A DNA stretch of 64,000 nucleotides from Candidatus Falkowbacteria bacterium (GTDB taxonomy: Bacteria; Patescibacteriota; Patescibacteriia; Patescibacteriales; UBA12465). Shown here piece after piece: positions 17,654-26,757 of the stretch; the first letter of the stretch is position 1, and the number at the start of each line of letters is the position of its first letter. The stretch spans positions 517,062 through 581,061 of the forward strand of contig CP066698.1 of assembly GCA_016432645.1 (NCBI GenBank), given 5' to 3'. The notes beneath the pieces are model-generated. The model searched no databases and was not told where the DNA came from. It worked only from the letters and a program-made list of their open reading frames with translations. A program made the position numbers and the translations under genes.

Positions 17654-18367
17654 TTATTCCAATTTTAATTTATCAATATCCGTCAACTGCTGATTTTTGG
17701 AGGTCTCCGGATTATATGTCTTATAAAAAAGCTCAATTAAACTTTGAGTATCCAGACGCGCCACCGAAACGCCCATTGACTCCAATCCGCCAACCACGCT
17801 ATCTAAGCGGCGGTCAAGCATTTCTTGATAACGCGCGAAAGTCTTCTCTTTTAATTTAATAACCGTAGCCGGCCGGAGCGCTTCTTTAAGCGAACTGAAA
17901 AATCCTTTGCGCTTATCGGTCAGCGGATCATAAGGGACGGTTACTAAAAACCGCTTGCTCATAATGCGCCCCAAAGAAGTTAATTCTTTAATATACTGGA
18001 TATAGTCGGCGGTCTGCAATTTTAATAATTTATTAGTCTGCTCTTTTTCCTTGTCCTTCAAATATTCCAGATAATTATCAATATCCAACTCGCGCGATTG
18101 AATGACAATCTGCATGGAAAAATTAAGATTATTTAAAAACCGGACATAGGAACTGATAACCGCATTTTGTTCATCTTCGCTCTTTAAAGCGAAGTTGATA
18201 CTGGACACCAATAAAACGGCCCGTAAAGTGCCATCTTTCATCACCACGGTATTATCTTTAATCTCAGCAATATCCAGATATTGCTGGGTTGAGGCGCTAA
18301 CTTTGCTTCCGGACATTTGATTGGCCATAAAATTATTGTTCGCCTTTATATCGTCCTTGGGTATCAA
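17654..18367 (-). CDS. Hypothetical protein (T4SS-cluster associated)
   Basis: 237-aa ORF between the PrgI-like and VirB4-like genes. Confidence 0.45.
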   Translation of the reverse strand: MIPKDDIKANNNFMANQMSGSKVSASTQQYLDIAEIKDNTVVMKDGTLRAVLLVSSINFALKSEDEQNAVISSYVRFLNNLNFSMQIVIQSRELDIDNYLEYLKDKEKEQTNKLLKLQTADYIQYIKELTSLGRIMSKRFLVTVPYDPLTDKRKGFFSSLKEALRPATVIKLKEKTFARYQEMLDRRLDSVVGGLESMGVSVARLDTQSLIELFYKTYNPETSKNQQLTDIDKLKLE

Positions 18368-18755
18368 CTATCAAGGCGACTTCCGCTAAACGTGATTTTT
18401 TATAATATTCTTTCGGCGCCGGTTTGGCTACGGTCGGGCTGATGTCAATTTGCCTTTCCTGAACTTCCATCACCGCGCTATTATTCCAAATCCTTAAACG
18501 AGGGCGGCGAATCGTTTGAATCGCATTCAAAATAAACAGATGGAAGGGGCGGCCATTTACTTTAATAAAGGCAAACATCCCCGCTACAATCACGATTATT
18601 ACCGCAATCGTAATAAACAGTGAAAAATCAAACAAACGATAACAAACACCGATAAGCACGGCCGCGACTAAAAAGATAACGAACTGGCGGGTAGTAATCG
18701 GCCCGATAATCTTGCTTTCAACATCAATAAATTGGGGAACGGTAAATTGCTGCAT
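18333..18755 (-). CDS. PrgI-family (VirB3-like) small membrane protein
   Basis: The N-terminus FTVPQFIDVESKIIGPITTRQFVIFLVAAVL matches the PrgI-family pattern. Two TM helices. Confidence 0.6.
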   Translation of the reverse strand: MQQFTVPQFIDVESKIIGPITTRQFVIFLVAAVLIGVCYRLFDFSLFITIAVIIVIVAGMFAFIKVNGRPFHLFILNAIQTIRRPRLRIWNNSAVMEVQERQIDISPTVAKPAPKEYYKKSRLAEVALIVDTQGRYKGEQ

Positions 18756-18762
18756 ACTAAAC

Positions 18763-20253
18763 TTAAAAAACTAATTTGCTATTCAAGCTCATAATAGCTT
18801 CGATTTCCTCCAAGCTCAGCCCTTCTTCATGGCGACTCTCTCTCGCCGTGATTGCTTCTTTAAGCGGTAAATTAGAGCTAACAGCATCGGAAACAATTTT
18901 TAAATACATACGGTTAACCGGACTCTTGCGCCAAGCGCTAATACCCATAATCATTTTTTCATAACCATCGTGCTCCAGTAATTTTATTTTATTGAAAACT
19001 TTAGCGGTCATTTCCTCTGGATTTTTGCCTAAGCGACGGAAATTCATTAAATCCAAAAACTGTAATTCTTCCAGGGGACCCATAATCTTAGGAATGGGCT
19101 TAACATCATGTATTTGCTTGCGGGCGCCGGCGTCTTCTTTAGTCGCCGCTAAACGAGCCGCGGCCGTATTAAAAGAAGGTTGAGATTTGCCGGAAACGGA
19201 CGGGGATTTTTTAGAAACCATCTCCGGAGCAGCAGCTGCCAGCGGTTTAGTTATCACCTGAGCATCATCAGAAATATTCGCAATTCTAATAGCGCCTTTG
19301 GTAACAGAATTTTTATCAGCAAATAATTTTTTAATCAAATTATTAGCTTCTGGTTTTTGGACAATTAATTTTTCCGGCGCTGCTTTTATTTCAGGTTTTA
19401 GTTCAGGCTTGAGTTCTGGTTTTACTTCTTGCTTTGCCTCTGGTTTTACTGCTGGCTTTGCTTCTAATTTAGGCGTCGAGGCAAGCGCTGGTTTTTTATC
19501 AATTTTAGACTCCGCCGAGGCTTGATGCCCGGCGGTAATTTCCAATAAAGGCTCCGGAGCAATAATACTCTTAGTCTCGCCGGAAGCTAAAGCACGCTTT
19601 AAATCATATTCCCCGCTCAATTTAGGCGCCAAAATACTACCGGCCGCCTTATCGGCTGTAGAAATAATTTTATCCAAACGGCTAGCGGGGGCTGAGGGCT
19701 TAATGGAACTTTCTGTCTCGCCGTTATATTTATATTTATGGCTGTCACAAACTTTTAAAACTCGATCAACTTCAATAGCGCTCAAATTTAGACCGCCGAG
19801 AGCGATTTCTTTAGCTAAAGAAGCTCGGGTATCAATGCGGCTGCGGACGCCGCGCAAATAAGTTGCCAATATTTTTTGCAAGCGCTCAACTAAAAATTCA
19901 CTCGGAATGAGCAAACCGGCCTCTTTTATCAATAAATTAATATCTTTATATAAATCCAAGACTCGCAGCTCTGAAGAAATGCCGACATAATCGGCGACTG
20001 GGGAAAATATTTTAGTTTTTAATTCGGCCGTTAAGCTATCGGCTTGTTCAGGAGCCAAACCAAATTCACTAGCAAAAATAAGCGGCAACTCTTTAAGCGT
20101 CAAGGTCTTAATCATTACTTTCATCACCACCATTGCCAAATCAACCCGATAACGGCTTTCGATCTCCGACAAAAGAGACATGGCGCTATCAGAAGAAACC
20201 TTGTCTTTCAAGTCTTTCGGCAGACTATTAAATTGTTGCAAGTAGTCAAACAT
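18763..20253 (-). CDS. Hypothetical protein with a central Lys/Pro/Glu repeat region
   Basis: 496-aa ORF. No catalytic motif recognised. Confidence 0.45.
   Translation of the reverse strand: MFDYLQQFNSLPKDLKDKVSSDSAMSLLSEIESRYRVDLAMVVMKVMIKTLTLKELPLIFASEFGLAPEQADSLTAELKTKIFSPVADYVGISSELRVLDLYKDINLLIKEAGLLIPSEFLVERLQKILATYLRGVRSRIDTRASLAKEIALGGLNLSAIEVDRVLKVCDSHKYKYNGETESSIKPSAPASRLDKIISTADKAAGSILAPKLSGEYDLKRALASGETKSIIAPEPLLEITAGHQASAESKIDKKPALASTPKLEAKPAVKPEAKQEVKPELKPELKPEIKAAPEKLIVQKPEANNLIKKLFADKNSVTKGAIRIANISDDAQVITKPLAAAAPEMVSKKSPSVSGKSQPSFNTAAARLAATKEDAGARKQIHDVKPIPKIMGPLEELQFLDLMNFRRLGKNPEEMTAKVFNKIKLLEHDGYEKMIMGISAWRKSPVNRMYLKIVSDAVSSNLPLKEAITARESRHEEGLSLEEIEAIMSLNSKLVF
19369..19470 (-). 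repeat. Low-complexity coding repeat (KPE-type)
   Basis: Encodes KLEAKPAVKPEAKQEVKPELKPELKPEIKAAPEK. Confidence 0.5.
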
Positions 20254-20265
20254 CAGCCCTTAAAA

Positions 20266-20310
20266 AGCGAAAAAATAAACAGAAGTTGTTTTGTCCTTCT
20301 GTTTATTATT
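20266..20310 (-). terminator. Intrinsic terminator after the ATP-grasp gene
   Basis: Perfect 12-bp stem aataaacagaag (20274-20285) / cttctgtttatt (20296-20307), with a T-run following on the minus strand. Confidence 0.6.
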
Positions 20311-20344
20311 TTAACATATTTTAGGTTAAATGGGAAAGTCAAAA

Positions 20345-21283
20345 TCAAAGCGTAGTTATCGGGCGGCTCTGGGTAATATAGAACTTGCCTTTTTCCTGTG
20401 CCCATTCAATATCACAGGGGAATTTATAGTGTTTTTCAATTGCTAAACAGACTTTAGCCAGCTCAATAATCTGCCGGCCGCTTAATTTTTGTTTGCCTTG
20501 CAATGACTTTAAAACCGGCGTCCACTTAACGCCTCCGTTGAGCCCCTTGATAATCTGCCTTTCCTGCTCGGAAATATTAATATCAATAATACTTAGCTCT
20601 TTTTTTTCTATCACATAAGAATCCGGGGTTACCGAGCCGGAAACAATCGCTTCGCCCAACCCGTAACCGGCCTCAATAATCATTTGATTGCGGTCTTGAG
20701 TTACTGGATGAACCGTAAAGGCAATCCCGGAAATTTCTGAATTAACCATCTTTTGAACAACTACTGCCACGCTCACTTTTGTTTTTAACATTTTCTTTTC
20801 ATGGCGGTAAAAAATAGCCCGCGGCGTAAATAAACTTGACCAGCATTTTTTAACATTATCCAATAATGTCTTGTCGGTCGTATTTAAATAAGTCTCCAAT
20901 TCCCCGGCCCAAGAAGCGGCCGAAGAATCTTCCGCGGTCGCGCTGGAACGAACCGCCACGAAAGAACTTTTTAACTTTTTAAACTCGGAAACAATATCTT
21001 TGGCTAAATCAGCCGGCATCTTCGCGCTCGCAATCAATGCCCGAATCTGCGCCGAAGCGCCGTCAACCGAATTTACATCTTTATAATTAACTTTTTTTAA
21101 AAGCGCCTCCAACTCCTGAGTTAAATCGGTTTCCTCTAAAAATCTATCAAAGGCACCGGCTAAAATTACAAATCCCGGCGGCACCTTAAGCCCGGCCTGA
21201 GTCATCTCTCCGAGCGACGCTCCTTTACCGCCGGCAATATCCGCATCTTTTTTACCAATTTTTGAAAATGGCTTGATAAGCAT
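20345..21283 (-). CDS. Stand-alone PEP/pyruvate-binding ATP-grasp domain protein (PPDK_N type)
   Basis: GGKGASLGEM and the overall N-terminal layout match PEP synthase, PPDK and rifampin phosphotransferase. 312 aa with no swivel or C-terminal domain. Confidence 0.8.
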   Translation of the reverse strand: MLIKPFSKIGKKDADIAGGKGASLGEMTQAGLKVPPGFVILAGAFDRFLEETDLTQELEALLKKVNYKDVNSVDGASAQIRALIASAKMPADLAKDIVSEFKKLKSSFVAVRSSATAEDSSAASWAGELETYLNTTDKTLLDNVKKCWSSLFTPRAIFYRHEKKMLKTKVSVAVVVQKMVNSEISGIAFTVHPVTQDRNQMIIEAGYGLGEAIVSGSVTPDSYVIEKKELSIIDINISEQERQIIKGLNGGVKWTPVLKSLQGKQKLSGRQIIELAKVCLAIEKHYKFPCDIEWAQEKGKFYITQSRPITTL

Positions 21284-21294
21284 ATTATTTATAA

Positions 21295-23109
21295 TTAATT
21301 TTTACCAATTAAATCAACTTTTCCATGAGTCGCATCAACGTCAATAATTATACCATCTTTAATAACTTTAGTCGCAATTTTCGTGCCCACAACACAAGGG
21401 ATTCCTAGCTCGCGGGAAATAATCGCCGCGTGGCAGGTTATGCCGCCGACATCGGTCACAATCGCCGAAGCCTTCTTAATCGCCGGTACCAAATCCGGAG
21501 TAGTGGCGATGGAAATTAAAATATCCCCCTGTTTCATTTTAGCCATATCAGCAATAACATTTATAACTTTTGCCTCCCCGCGCGCCCGGCCCGGTGAAGC
21601 ACAATCGCCGGCTAAGATTTTAACATCACCGATTTCTTCTTTAATAATATTTAATTTATCAATAAACTTTTTTGCTTTTTCAGAGGTTAAAAATACTTCA
21701 GTTTGCGGCTTCTTGCTGGAATAATAAATACTAAAATTGTAGCGCTCATTAAGCAGCTCGGCGGACATTTCCCCACCCCTTAAAAGCTGGGATAATTCTT
21801 CCGGATTAAAGTAACGAACCTGGCGCAAAGACAAATAATGGCGCCGGCCGACTTCGCGGTACAAATTTTCCAGCACCGACAAGGCGCAAAAAATAGCATC
21901 TTTGCGCGCCCCTTTGGTAAAAACCAAATCACGCGCGAATTTTAAAACTCCCAGGTGCTCATTATCAATCTTTAATTTTTTCGCCAATTCTTGCTGGCGT
22001 TTTTCCGTTTTTAATTTATTATCTTCGCTTTCTTGAAGGGCCTGAACTGGATTTATTTTCTGCCTAATCAAGCTGCTTAAAATATCAATAAAGTATTCCT
22101 GATTCCAAGCCGGACCGACCATGCCATAACCCAAGAAACCGAAATCTGCCGTATGTTTTTTTATCTTTAAAGCCGTCGGCCTGTCTATTTTTGTCAGCTC
22201 CTCGGCGATTATCCGCGTTTCGGTAAAACTAAAATATTCTTTTAATTTAGCGTCGGCAATTATATCTTGCAAAATTAAAAGCAGGGCGCGATATTCTTCG
22301 GCTGATTTTGAAGGCTGAAGCGGTGTAGTTAAGACGGAAAATACGTCTCCGAGCGACAAGCCGGCAGCTTTTACTTTCGGTTCTAAATAACCCATCAAAT
22401 ATTTAGAAAAGGTTCCCTCGCCGAAATCCAACACCGTTTGCGGAATATGTAATAAATGCAAATCGGTATAAATTTTAAAAAACTTTTCAAAAATATCCGC
22501 CAGCCCGGCGTCCGTGCAAGCTTTTAAGTTTGTTTGTTTTAATTTAGCTGACGCCCGATAAAGTTCAGTGACCCGAAAATCTAAATCACCAATATATTTT
22601 TCACGCCACTTAGCATCAGTTTTCACGCGCTGAAAAATTTCCGTGCTTAACTCATAAAAATCTTTCTTAGAAGTTAGGAGCTGACAAAAATTATCCTGAA
22701 AAATTGTCACTAAAGTTTGCAGACTGGTCTTAAAGCCATAAAGACGGGAAAACTCGGCAGCCATATCAGCATTCCAGGCTGGAGAAGTAAAAAGCGGATA
22801 ATAATTGGGCATTTCTTCCAGACAAAAAATTTCTTCACCGGCCTGAACGGCGCCATATTTTTTAAACATTGATTCCAATTCAGCAAAAAATCTTCCCTGC
22901 TGATTGGCAAAAAAATATTTTTTACCGTTAATAGTTTCGGTCGCCAAAAATCCGCCCTTGAGCAAATTAGCCAATTCTTTATGAACATTGGCCTGATCTA
23001 AATTTAAAGCTTTGACAACTTCGCGAGCGTAGTATTTTCTGTCCTTATTCTTGAAAAATAAAGACATAATAGCTAAGCGCGCCTGGGAGCTGATTAATTG
23101 TTCTAACAT
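21295..23109 (-). CDS. Winged-helix DNA-binding domain fused to a helical middle domain and a C-terminal phosphohistidine swivel domain (paralog 1)
   Basis: The N-terminus is ArsR-like ([29 protein letters not shown]). The C-terminus is [48 protein letters not shown]. Confidence 0.75.
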   Translation of the reverse strand: MLEQLISSQARLAIMSLFFKNKDRKYYAREVVKALNLDQANVHKELANLLKGGFLATETINGKKYFFANQQGRFFAELESMFKKYGAVQAGEEIFCLEEMPNYYPLFTSPAWNADMAAEFSRLYGFKTSLQTLVTIFQDNFCQLLTSKKDFYELSTEIFQRVKTDAKWREKYIGDLDFRVTELYRASAKLKQTNLKACTDAGLADIFEKFFKIYTDLHLLHIPQTVLDFGEGTFSKYLMGYLEPKVKAAGLSLGDVFSVLTTPLQPSKSAEEYRALLLILQDIIADAKLKEYFSFTETRIIAEELTKIDRPTALKIKKHTADFGFLGYGMVGPAWNQEYFIDILSSLIRQKINPVQALQESEDNKLKTEKRQQELAKKLKIDNEHLGVLKFARDLVFTKGARKDAIFCALSVLENLYREVGRRHYLSLRQVRYFNPEELSQLLRGGEMSAELLNERYNFSIYYSSKKPQTEVFLTSEKAKKFIDKLNIIKEEIGDVKILAGDCASPGRARGEAKVINVIADMAKMKQGDILISIATTPDLVPAIKKASAIVTDVGGITCHAAIISRELGIPCVVGTKIATKVIKDGIIIDVDATHGKVDLIGKN

Positions 23110-23114
23110 ATGTT

Positions 23115-23141
23115 TTGTATAATTATGGCTTAATTATACAA
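23115..23141. promoter_or_regulatory. Perfect 11-bp inverted repeat overlapping the -10 of the paralog-1 promoter (candidate operator)
   Basis: ttgtataatta (23115-23125), tggct, taattatacaa (23131-23141). The minus-strand promoter is TTGACA (23157-23162), an 18-nt spacer, then TATAAT (23133-23138). Confidence 0.5.
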
Positions 23142-23165
23142 ATAATCTTGTCTAATTGTCAATAT

Positions 23166-23188
23166 TATATTGTAAAAAATACAATATA
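23166..23188. promoter_or_regulatory. Perfect 9-bp inverted repeat
   Basis: tatattgta, aaaaa, tacaatata. Confidence 0.4.
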
Positions 23189-23201
23189 TATTTAAAATAA
23201 A

Positions 23202-25091
23202 TTAAGCGCGGCTAACGACTCTAACTAAACCCTTATCAGCATCAACCTCCACTAAATCGCCATCATGCAGGGCCTTAGTAGCGATTTTAGTGGCAATAAC
23301 GCAGGGTTTGCGCATTTCCCGGGCAACGATAGCAGCGTGGCTAGTTACCCCGCCCTGATCGGTTACAAAGGCGGCAGCCTTCTTCATCGCCGGGACCAAA
23401 TCCGGCTGAGTAGAGATTGAGACCAAAATATCCCCTTCTTCCATCTTTTTCATATCGGCAATTACATTTACAATTCTCACTTTCCCGCGAGCTTGCCCAC
23501 GACAACCACACTGCCCCTTAAGCTCCGAGACCGAAACGTCTTCGTGTTTTTGAATATATTTGCTGGCAATATTTTTAGCTTCTTCGCCGCTAAAAAATAA
23601 TTCTGTATCTTTCGCTGTGTAATAAACACAAAACTCTACACGCTTTTTTATTTCCGTCTTATCAATGATGCCGTCAAAAAGCGCCGCTTTGATTTCCGAA
23701 GATTTCATAAAGCGCAATTCTTTTAGCTTGACGCCAACACGCTCGGCAATTTCTTCCAAAATAAAAGTAGTTTTATAAAGCGCAAACAATTGGGCATAAC
23801 GGCGATAAATTTTCGTAACCATAAAATCCCCCCAAGCAGAAAAGAAGCGCTGGATATCTTTACTTAATTTTAATTCTTTAATTAACGCTGCCCGTTCTTG
23901 AAAAACTTTCTGAGCATGCGCCTCGTGTTCGGCGAAGGTTTCGGCTAAATGAGAATCGCCATTAACCATTCTGACCAACTCTTTCAAATAATGTTCAAAA
24001 TCATAAACGCCCTGCTCTTCCGTGTAAATAAACTTAGTATAAAAATATTGATGATAATGGTCCTCTAAACGTTCCATAATTTCCGGAGCAATTTTAGCTT
24101 TTAAACCACGGACGACTTCGGAAAATTTGGCTTCGTATTCTTCACTGTGCGTATACAAACCAAAAAACTTAACATCTTCTTCCTTAAACTTGCGAAATAA
24201 TTCTTTAAAAACCGCTAATTGGCTGGGGTTTTGCTGAACCATAATTCCAATCTGCATTAAGTTATCCTGCTCTTCCTTCAAAAGCGAGGCCTTATCTGGC
24301 TGAGTCAAAAGTGCCATATATTCTTCAATCTGATTTTCAGCAACGCCGAAATCCTGCAAAATACTTTTGCCGCGATTGGTTAAATTATCGCCGAACATAT
24401 CGGCTGCCACCGGAATCCAGCCATAACGATAATAATCGAGATGAATATTTTCATGCTCCTGATAATATTGCCAGAGTTCTTCTTTGCTTAATTTTTCTAA
24501 GCCGCTTTCCGGAATTTTAGCCACCACTTCATTTAATTTATCGGCAAAAAATCTAATTTTAGCGTTAACATCTTCCATAAAATCGATGTCGCCCAAAAAC
24601 TTATTAACTAAATGTTCGCCGCCTTCATAAGCATCTTGTTTATCAAAATAAAACCACAGATTGTAACCCTGATAAACTCCAACTATTTGTTTATAAGCAT
24701 GGCCACCGGGTTCTTGAAAACCATTAGTAAAACAATAAAATGGGATGGCCATAAACCAGGGGCTGATATTCATTATTTCCTCAGCCAGAAACCAATCATG
24801 CTTAAACATTTTTTCCAGATTCTGATTATTATTTTTAGTGAGCAATGATTTTAATTCCGTAATTGCTTTATAACCCTGATTAAGAAAATAATATTTTTTC
24901 TTCCCTCTTGTTTCCTGGGCGACAACCCCCGCCTCAATTAAGCCGGCTAATTCGCGCGAAACATTGGCATTATTTTTATTTAAAGCCGTGGCGATTTCTC
25001 CTAAATATAATTTAGGCTCCCCGCCTTGCTCCGAGTTACTTAAAAGCTCAAGAATTTCGTAAGCGGTTTGAGATTTAAACAAATTTTTCAT
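23202..25091 (-). CDS. Winged-helix domain fused to a helical middle domain and a C-terminal phosphohistidine swivel domain (paralog 2)
   Basis: The N-terminus is LGEIATALNKNNANVSRELAGLIEAGVV. The C-terminus is GDILVSISTQPDLVPAMKKAAAFVTDQGGVTSHAAIVAREMRKPCVIATK. Confidence 0.75.
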   Translation of the reverse strand: MKNLFKSQTAYEILELLSNSEQGGEPKLYLGEIATALNKNNANVSRELAGLIEAGVVAQETRGKKKYYFLNQGYKAITELKSLLTKNNNQNLEKMFKHDWFLAEEIMNISPWFMAIPFYCFTNGFQEPGGHAYKQIVGVYQGYNLWFYFDKQDAYEGGEHLVNKFLGDIDFMEDVNAKIRFFADKLNEVVAKIPESGLEKLSKEELWQYYQEHENIHLDYYRYGWIPVAADMFGDNLTNRGKSILQDFGVAENQIEEYMALLTQPDKASLLKEEQDNLMQIGIMVQQNPSQLAVFKELFRKFKEEDVKFFGLYTHSEEYEAKFSEVVRGLKAKIAPEIMERLEDHYHQYFYTKFIYTEEQGVYDFEHYLKELVRMVNGDSHLAETFAEHEAHAQKVFQERAALIKELKLSKDIQRFFSAWGDFMVTKIYRRYAQLFALYKTTFILEEIAERVGVKLKELRFMKSSEIKAALFDGIIDKTEIKKRVEFCVYYTAKDTELFFSGEEAKNIASKYIQKHEDVSVSELKGQCGCRGQARGKVRIVNVIADMKKMEEGDILVSISTQPDLVPAMKKAAAFVTDQGGVTSHAAIVAREMRKPCVIATKIATKALHDGDLVEVDADKGLVRVVSRA

Positions 25092-25105
25092 ATATTTTGT
25101 CTATT

Positions 25106-25123
25106 AGGCAATAAATATTGCCT
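25106..25123. promoter_or_regulatory. 8-bp inverted repeat in the leader of paralog 2
   Basis: aggcaata, aa, tattgcct. Confidence 0.4.
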
Positions 25124-25156
25124 TATGAGCAAATAATATAGCAATTTAACACAAAA

Positions 25157-25216
25157 GTCAATAGTTAAGCTCTTAAACCATCAACTATTGACAAATTGGT
25201 GATAATATTATATAAT
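25157..25216. promoter_or_regulatory. Divergent promoter pair with mirrored -35 boxes inside a 10-bp inverted repeat
   Basis: gtcaatagtt (25157-25166) and aactattgac (25183-25192). The plus promoter is TTGACA (25188-25193), a 17-nt spacer, then TATAAT (25211-25216). On the minus strand, TTGACT with a TGcTATATT/TATTAT -10 serves paralog 2. Confidence 0.5.
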
Positions 25217-25280
25217 ATAGGGGTTGAACATTGAAAATTTCATATTATAAACCAGGCCCAAAAGGCCGCAAAATCTGTTA

Positions 25281-25889
25281 ATGATGAGTAAAAATCTGAT
25301 TTACGTCCGACACGGAAAAAAAGATGGCGAAAACATCGCTAAAGAAGCTTTGGAAGATATCGTAAAAAACGGTATCCCGATGGTGAATGACCTTTGCACA
25401 GGCCAAAAAATTCGTATCCATGATGGGACGGAGTACGACCGGACACGTCAAACTGTTGGCGCTTATGTGGCTTTCTTGAATGGAGATGCGCATGATAAAA
25501 CCATCAATTGCGAAATTGTTGGCCACATCCCTGCTGACCCGCGCTTAGGTAATAAAGCCCTCTTTGACGAGTGGACCGCCAACCCCGATGTCGTCGCCGA
25601 CGCTACTACCAGAAATTGGTACAGAGCTTTTGAGGACTATAGTCCTCTTTTCATCACTCGGGTCCAATTGGATGCCTTGGCCGCGTTGCGCAACATCTTC
25701 GCTCAAGCGAATGATGGCGAGCTAATCATTTCCGTTGGTCATACGCCAATGATTGAGTGGTTGGCCTTTGCCTGCGACCAATATGAGGTGATATCTCGCG
25801 ACATTAAGTTAGCCGAATTAACCGGCTTTATCTTTACCGAAGAATTCGGTCAAATTACTGTTACCGGCTTTATCAAAGCTGAAATTTAA
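25281..25889 (+). CDS. Histidine phosphatase superfamily protein (phosphoglycerate-mutase-like)
   Basis: RHG motif (LIYVRHGKK) and a distal VGHTPMI histidine motif. Confidence 0.6.
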   Translation: MMSKNLIYVRHGKKDGENIAKEALEDIVKNGIPMVNDLCTGQKIRIHDGTEYDRTRQTVGAYVAFLNGDAHDKTINCEIVGHIPADPRLGNKALFDEWTANPDVVADATTRNWYRAFEDYSPLFITRVQLDALAALRNIFAQANDGELIISVGHTPMIEWLAFACDQYEVISRDIKLAELTGFIFTEEFGQITVTGFIKAEI

Positions 25890-25922
25890 AAACAAACCGA
25901 CGCCCGACGGAATCGAGCAACT

Positions 25923-25960
25923 AAAAACCGACACCATCAAAAAGTGCCGGTTTTTTATTT
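25923..25960. terminator. Terminator between convergent genes
   Basis: ccgacac (25928-25934) / gtgccgg (25944-25950) with one mismatch, followed by ttttttattttt. Confidence 0.5.
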
Positions 25961-25974
25961 TTACCAAATTAAAT

Positions 25975-26574
25975 CTAAAACTTATTTAACCAACTCCTTA
26001 CTTCCCTTTTAAGCTGGGCGGGGCTTTGATAAAGGATGGTCTCGATACCAATCTTTTTAGCATTAACAAAATTATAATCTTGATCATCTATCAACAATGT
26101 TTCCGCCGGAGAATGGCCAAATCGTTTTAATAAATATTCCATCGCCTCTTTAGATTTTTTTTCCAAGCCTAAATTATAGCTGTTAATTATTACCGGGAAA
26201 TAACGGTTTAATCTATATAGACTGACAACTTCATTAAATTGGCGCGGCGTATTTTTAGAAAAGACCACAATTTCGGCGTTCTTATTTTTCCAATCTTGGG
26301 CTAACTTGGTTATTGGCTTATTTAGCTTTTGAAAAGAAATATGTATTTTCCTTAATTCCGCGCCCGTCTCATTGAGTTTCAATTCTTTAGCTGCCAAAGA
26401 AAAAGATTGTGCCTCAGTCATTTTGCCCATAGTCGCCGCCGTAAAATATTTATGGTAAACAACCTGGTAGACAGCGTCATAATCAAGCTGATATTTTTTA
26501 GCAATCCACTCACAAGTTTCTTTGTAGCTGCCGATAGTGATTACGCCAAATAAATCTAAAATAATGAAGGGCAT
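25975..26574 (-). CDS. HAD-like hydrolase with an atypical motif I
   Basis: Motif I is ILDLFGV, where the second Asp is replaced by Phe. Motif II is VFSKNT and motif IV is LIDDQDYN. Confidence 0.55.
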   Translation of the reverse strand: MPFIILDLFGVITIGSYKETCEWIAKKYQLDYDAVYQVVYHKYFTAATMGKMTEAQSFSLAAKELKLNETGAELRKIHISFQKLNKPITKLAQDWKNKNAEIVVFSKNTPRQFNEVVSLYRLNRYFPVIINSYNLGLEKKSKEAMEYLLKRFGHSPAETLLIDDQDYNFVNAKKIGIETILYQSPAQLKREVRSWLNKF

Positions 26575-26598
26575 AAACTTTAAACTGATTATATTTTA

Positions 26599-26627
26599 TC
26601 TTGTTTTAATAATGTCTTTGTTATAAT
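26599..26627 (+). promoter_or_regulatory. Module A promoter P1 (extended -10)
   Basis: TCTTGT, a 17-nt spacer, then TGtTATAAT. The same spacing is seen in all three module copies. Confidence 0.5.
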
Positions 26628-26633
26628 AGCTTG

Positions 26634-26710
26634 GCTGTGGGCCCGGCCAGGTGGCGAGCCTGAACTTGACACTTAGGTCTCCGGGGTTCAATTCCCCGCG
26701 GGTCCACAGC
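26634..26710 (+). ncRNA. tRNA-like minihelix RNA, module A (RNA1)
   Basis: 12-bp terminal stem gctgtgggcccg/cgggtccacagc (one G:U) stacked on cgggg-ttcaatt-ccccg, with a 36-nt internal loop. It starts ~7 nt after the P1 -10. Three paralogous copies show compensatory changes. Confidence 0.55.
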
Positions 26711-26722
26711 GGCTAGCTAATA

Positions 26723-26751
26723 TTGACCGAGAAAACTAATTTTGCTATAAT
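26723..26751 (+). promoter_or_regulatory. Module A promoter P2 (near consensus)
   Basis: TTGACC, a 17-nt spacer, then TGcTATAAT. Confidence 0.6.
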
Positions 26752-26757
26752 CATTTT

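Noticed and set aside
19298-19525. Plus-strand ORF rich in Ser/Gly/Phe
   Set aside because: It is the antisense reading of the KPE repeat region of the 18763-20253 gene.
26634-26710. The minihelix elements (this copy plus 27844-27919 and 33979-34054) as genuine tRNA genes or tRNA pseudogenes
   Set aside because: Only an acceptor-like stem (11-12 bp, too long for a tRNA) and a T-arm-like hairpin can be formed. No D-arm or anticodon arm can be drawn in any copy, there is no CCA or discriminator context, and the internal region is unrelated between copies.
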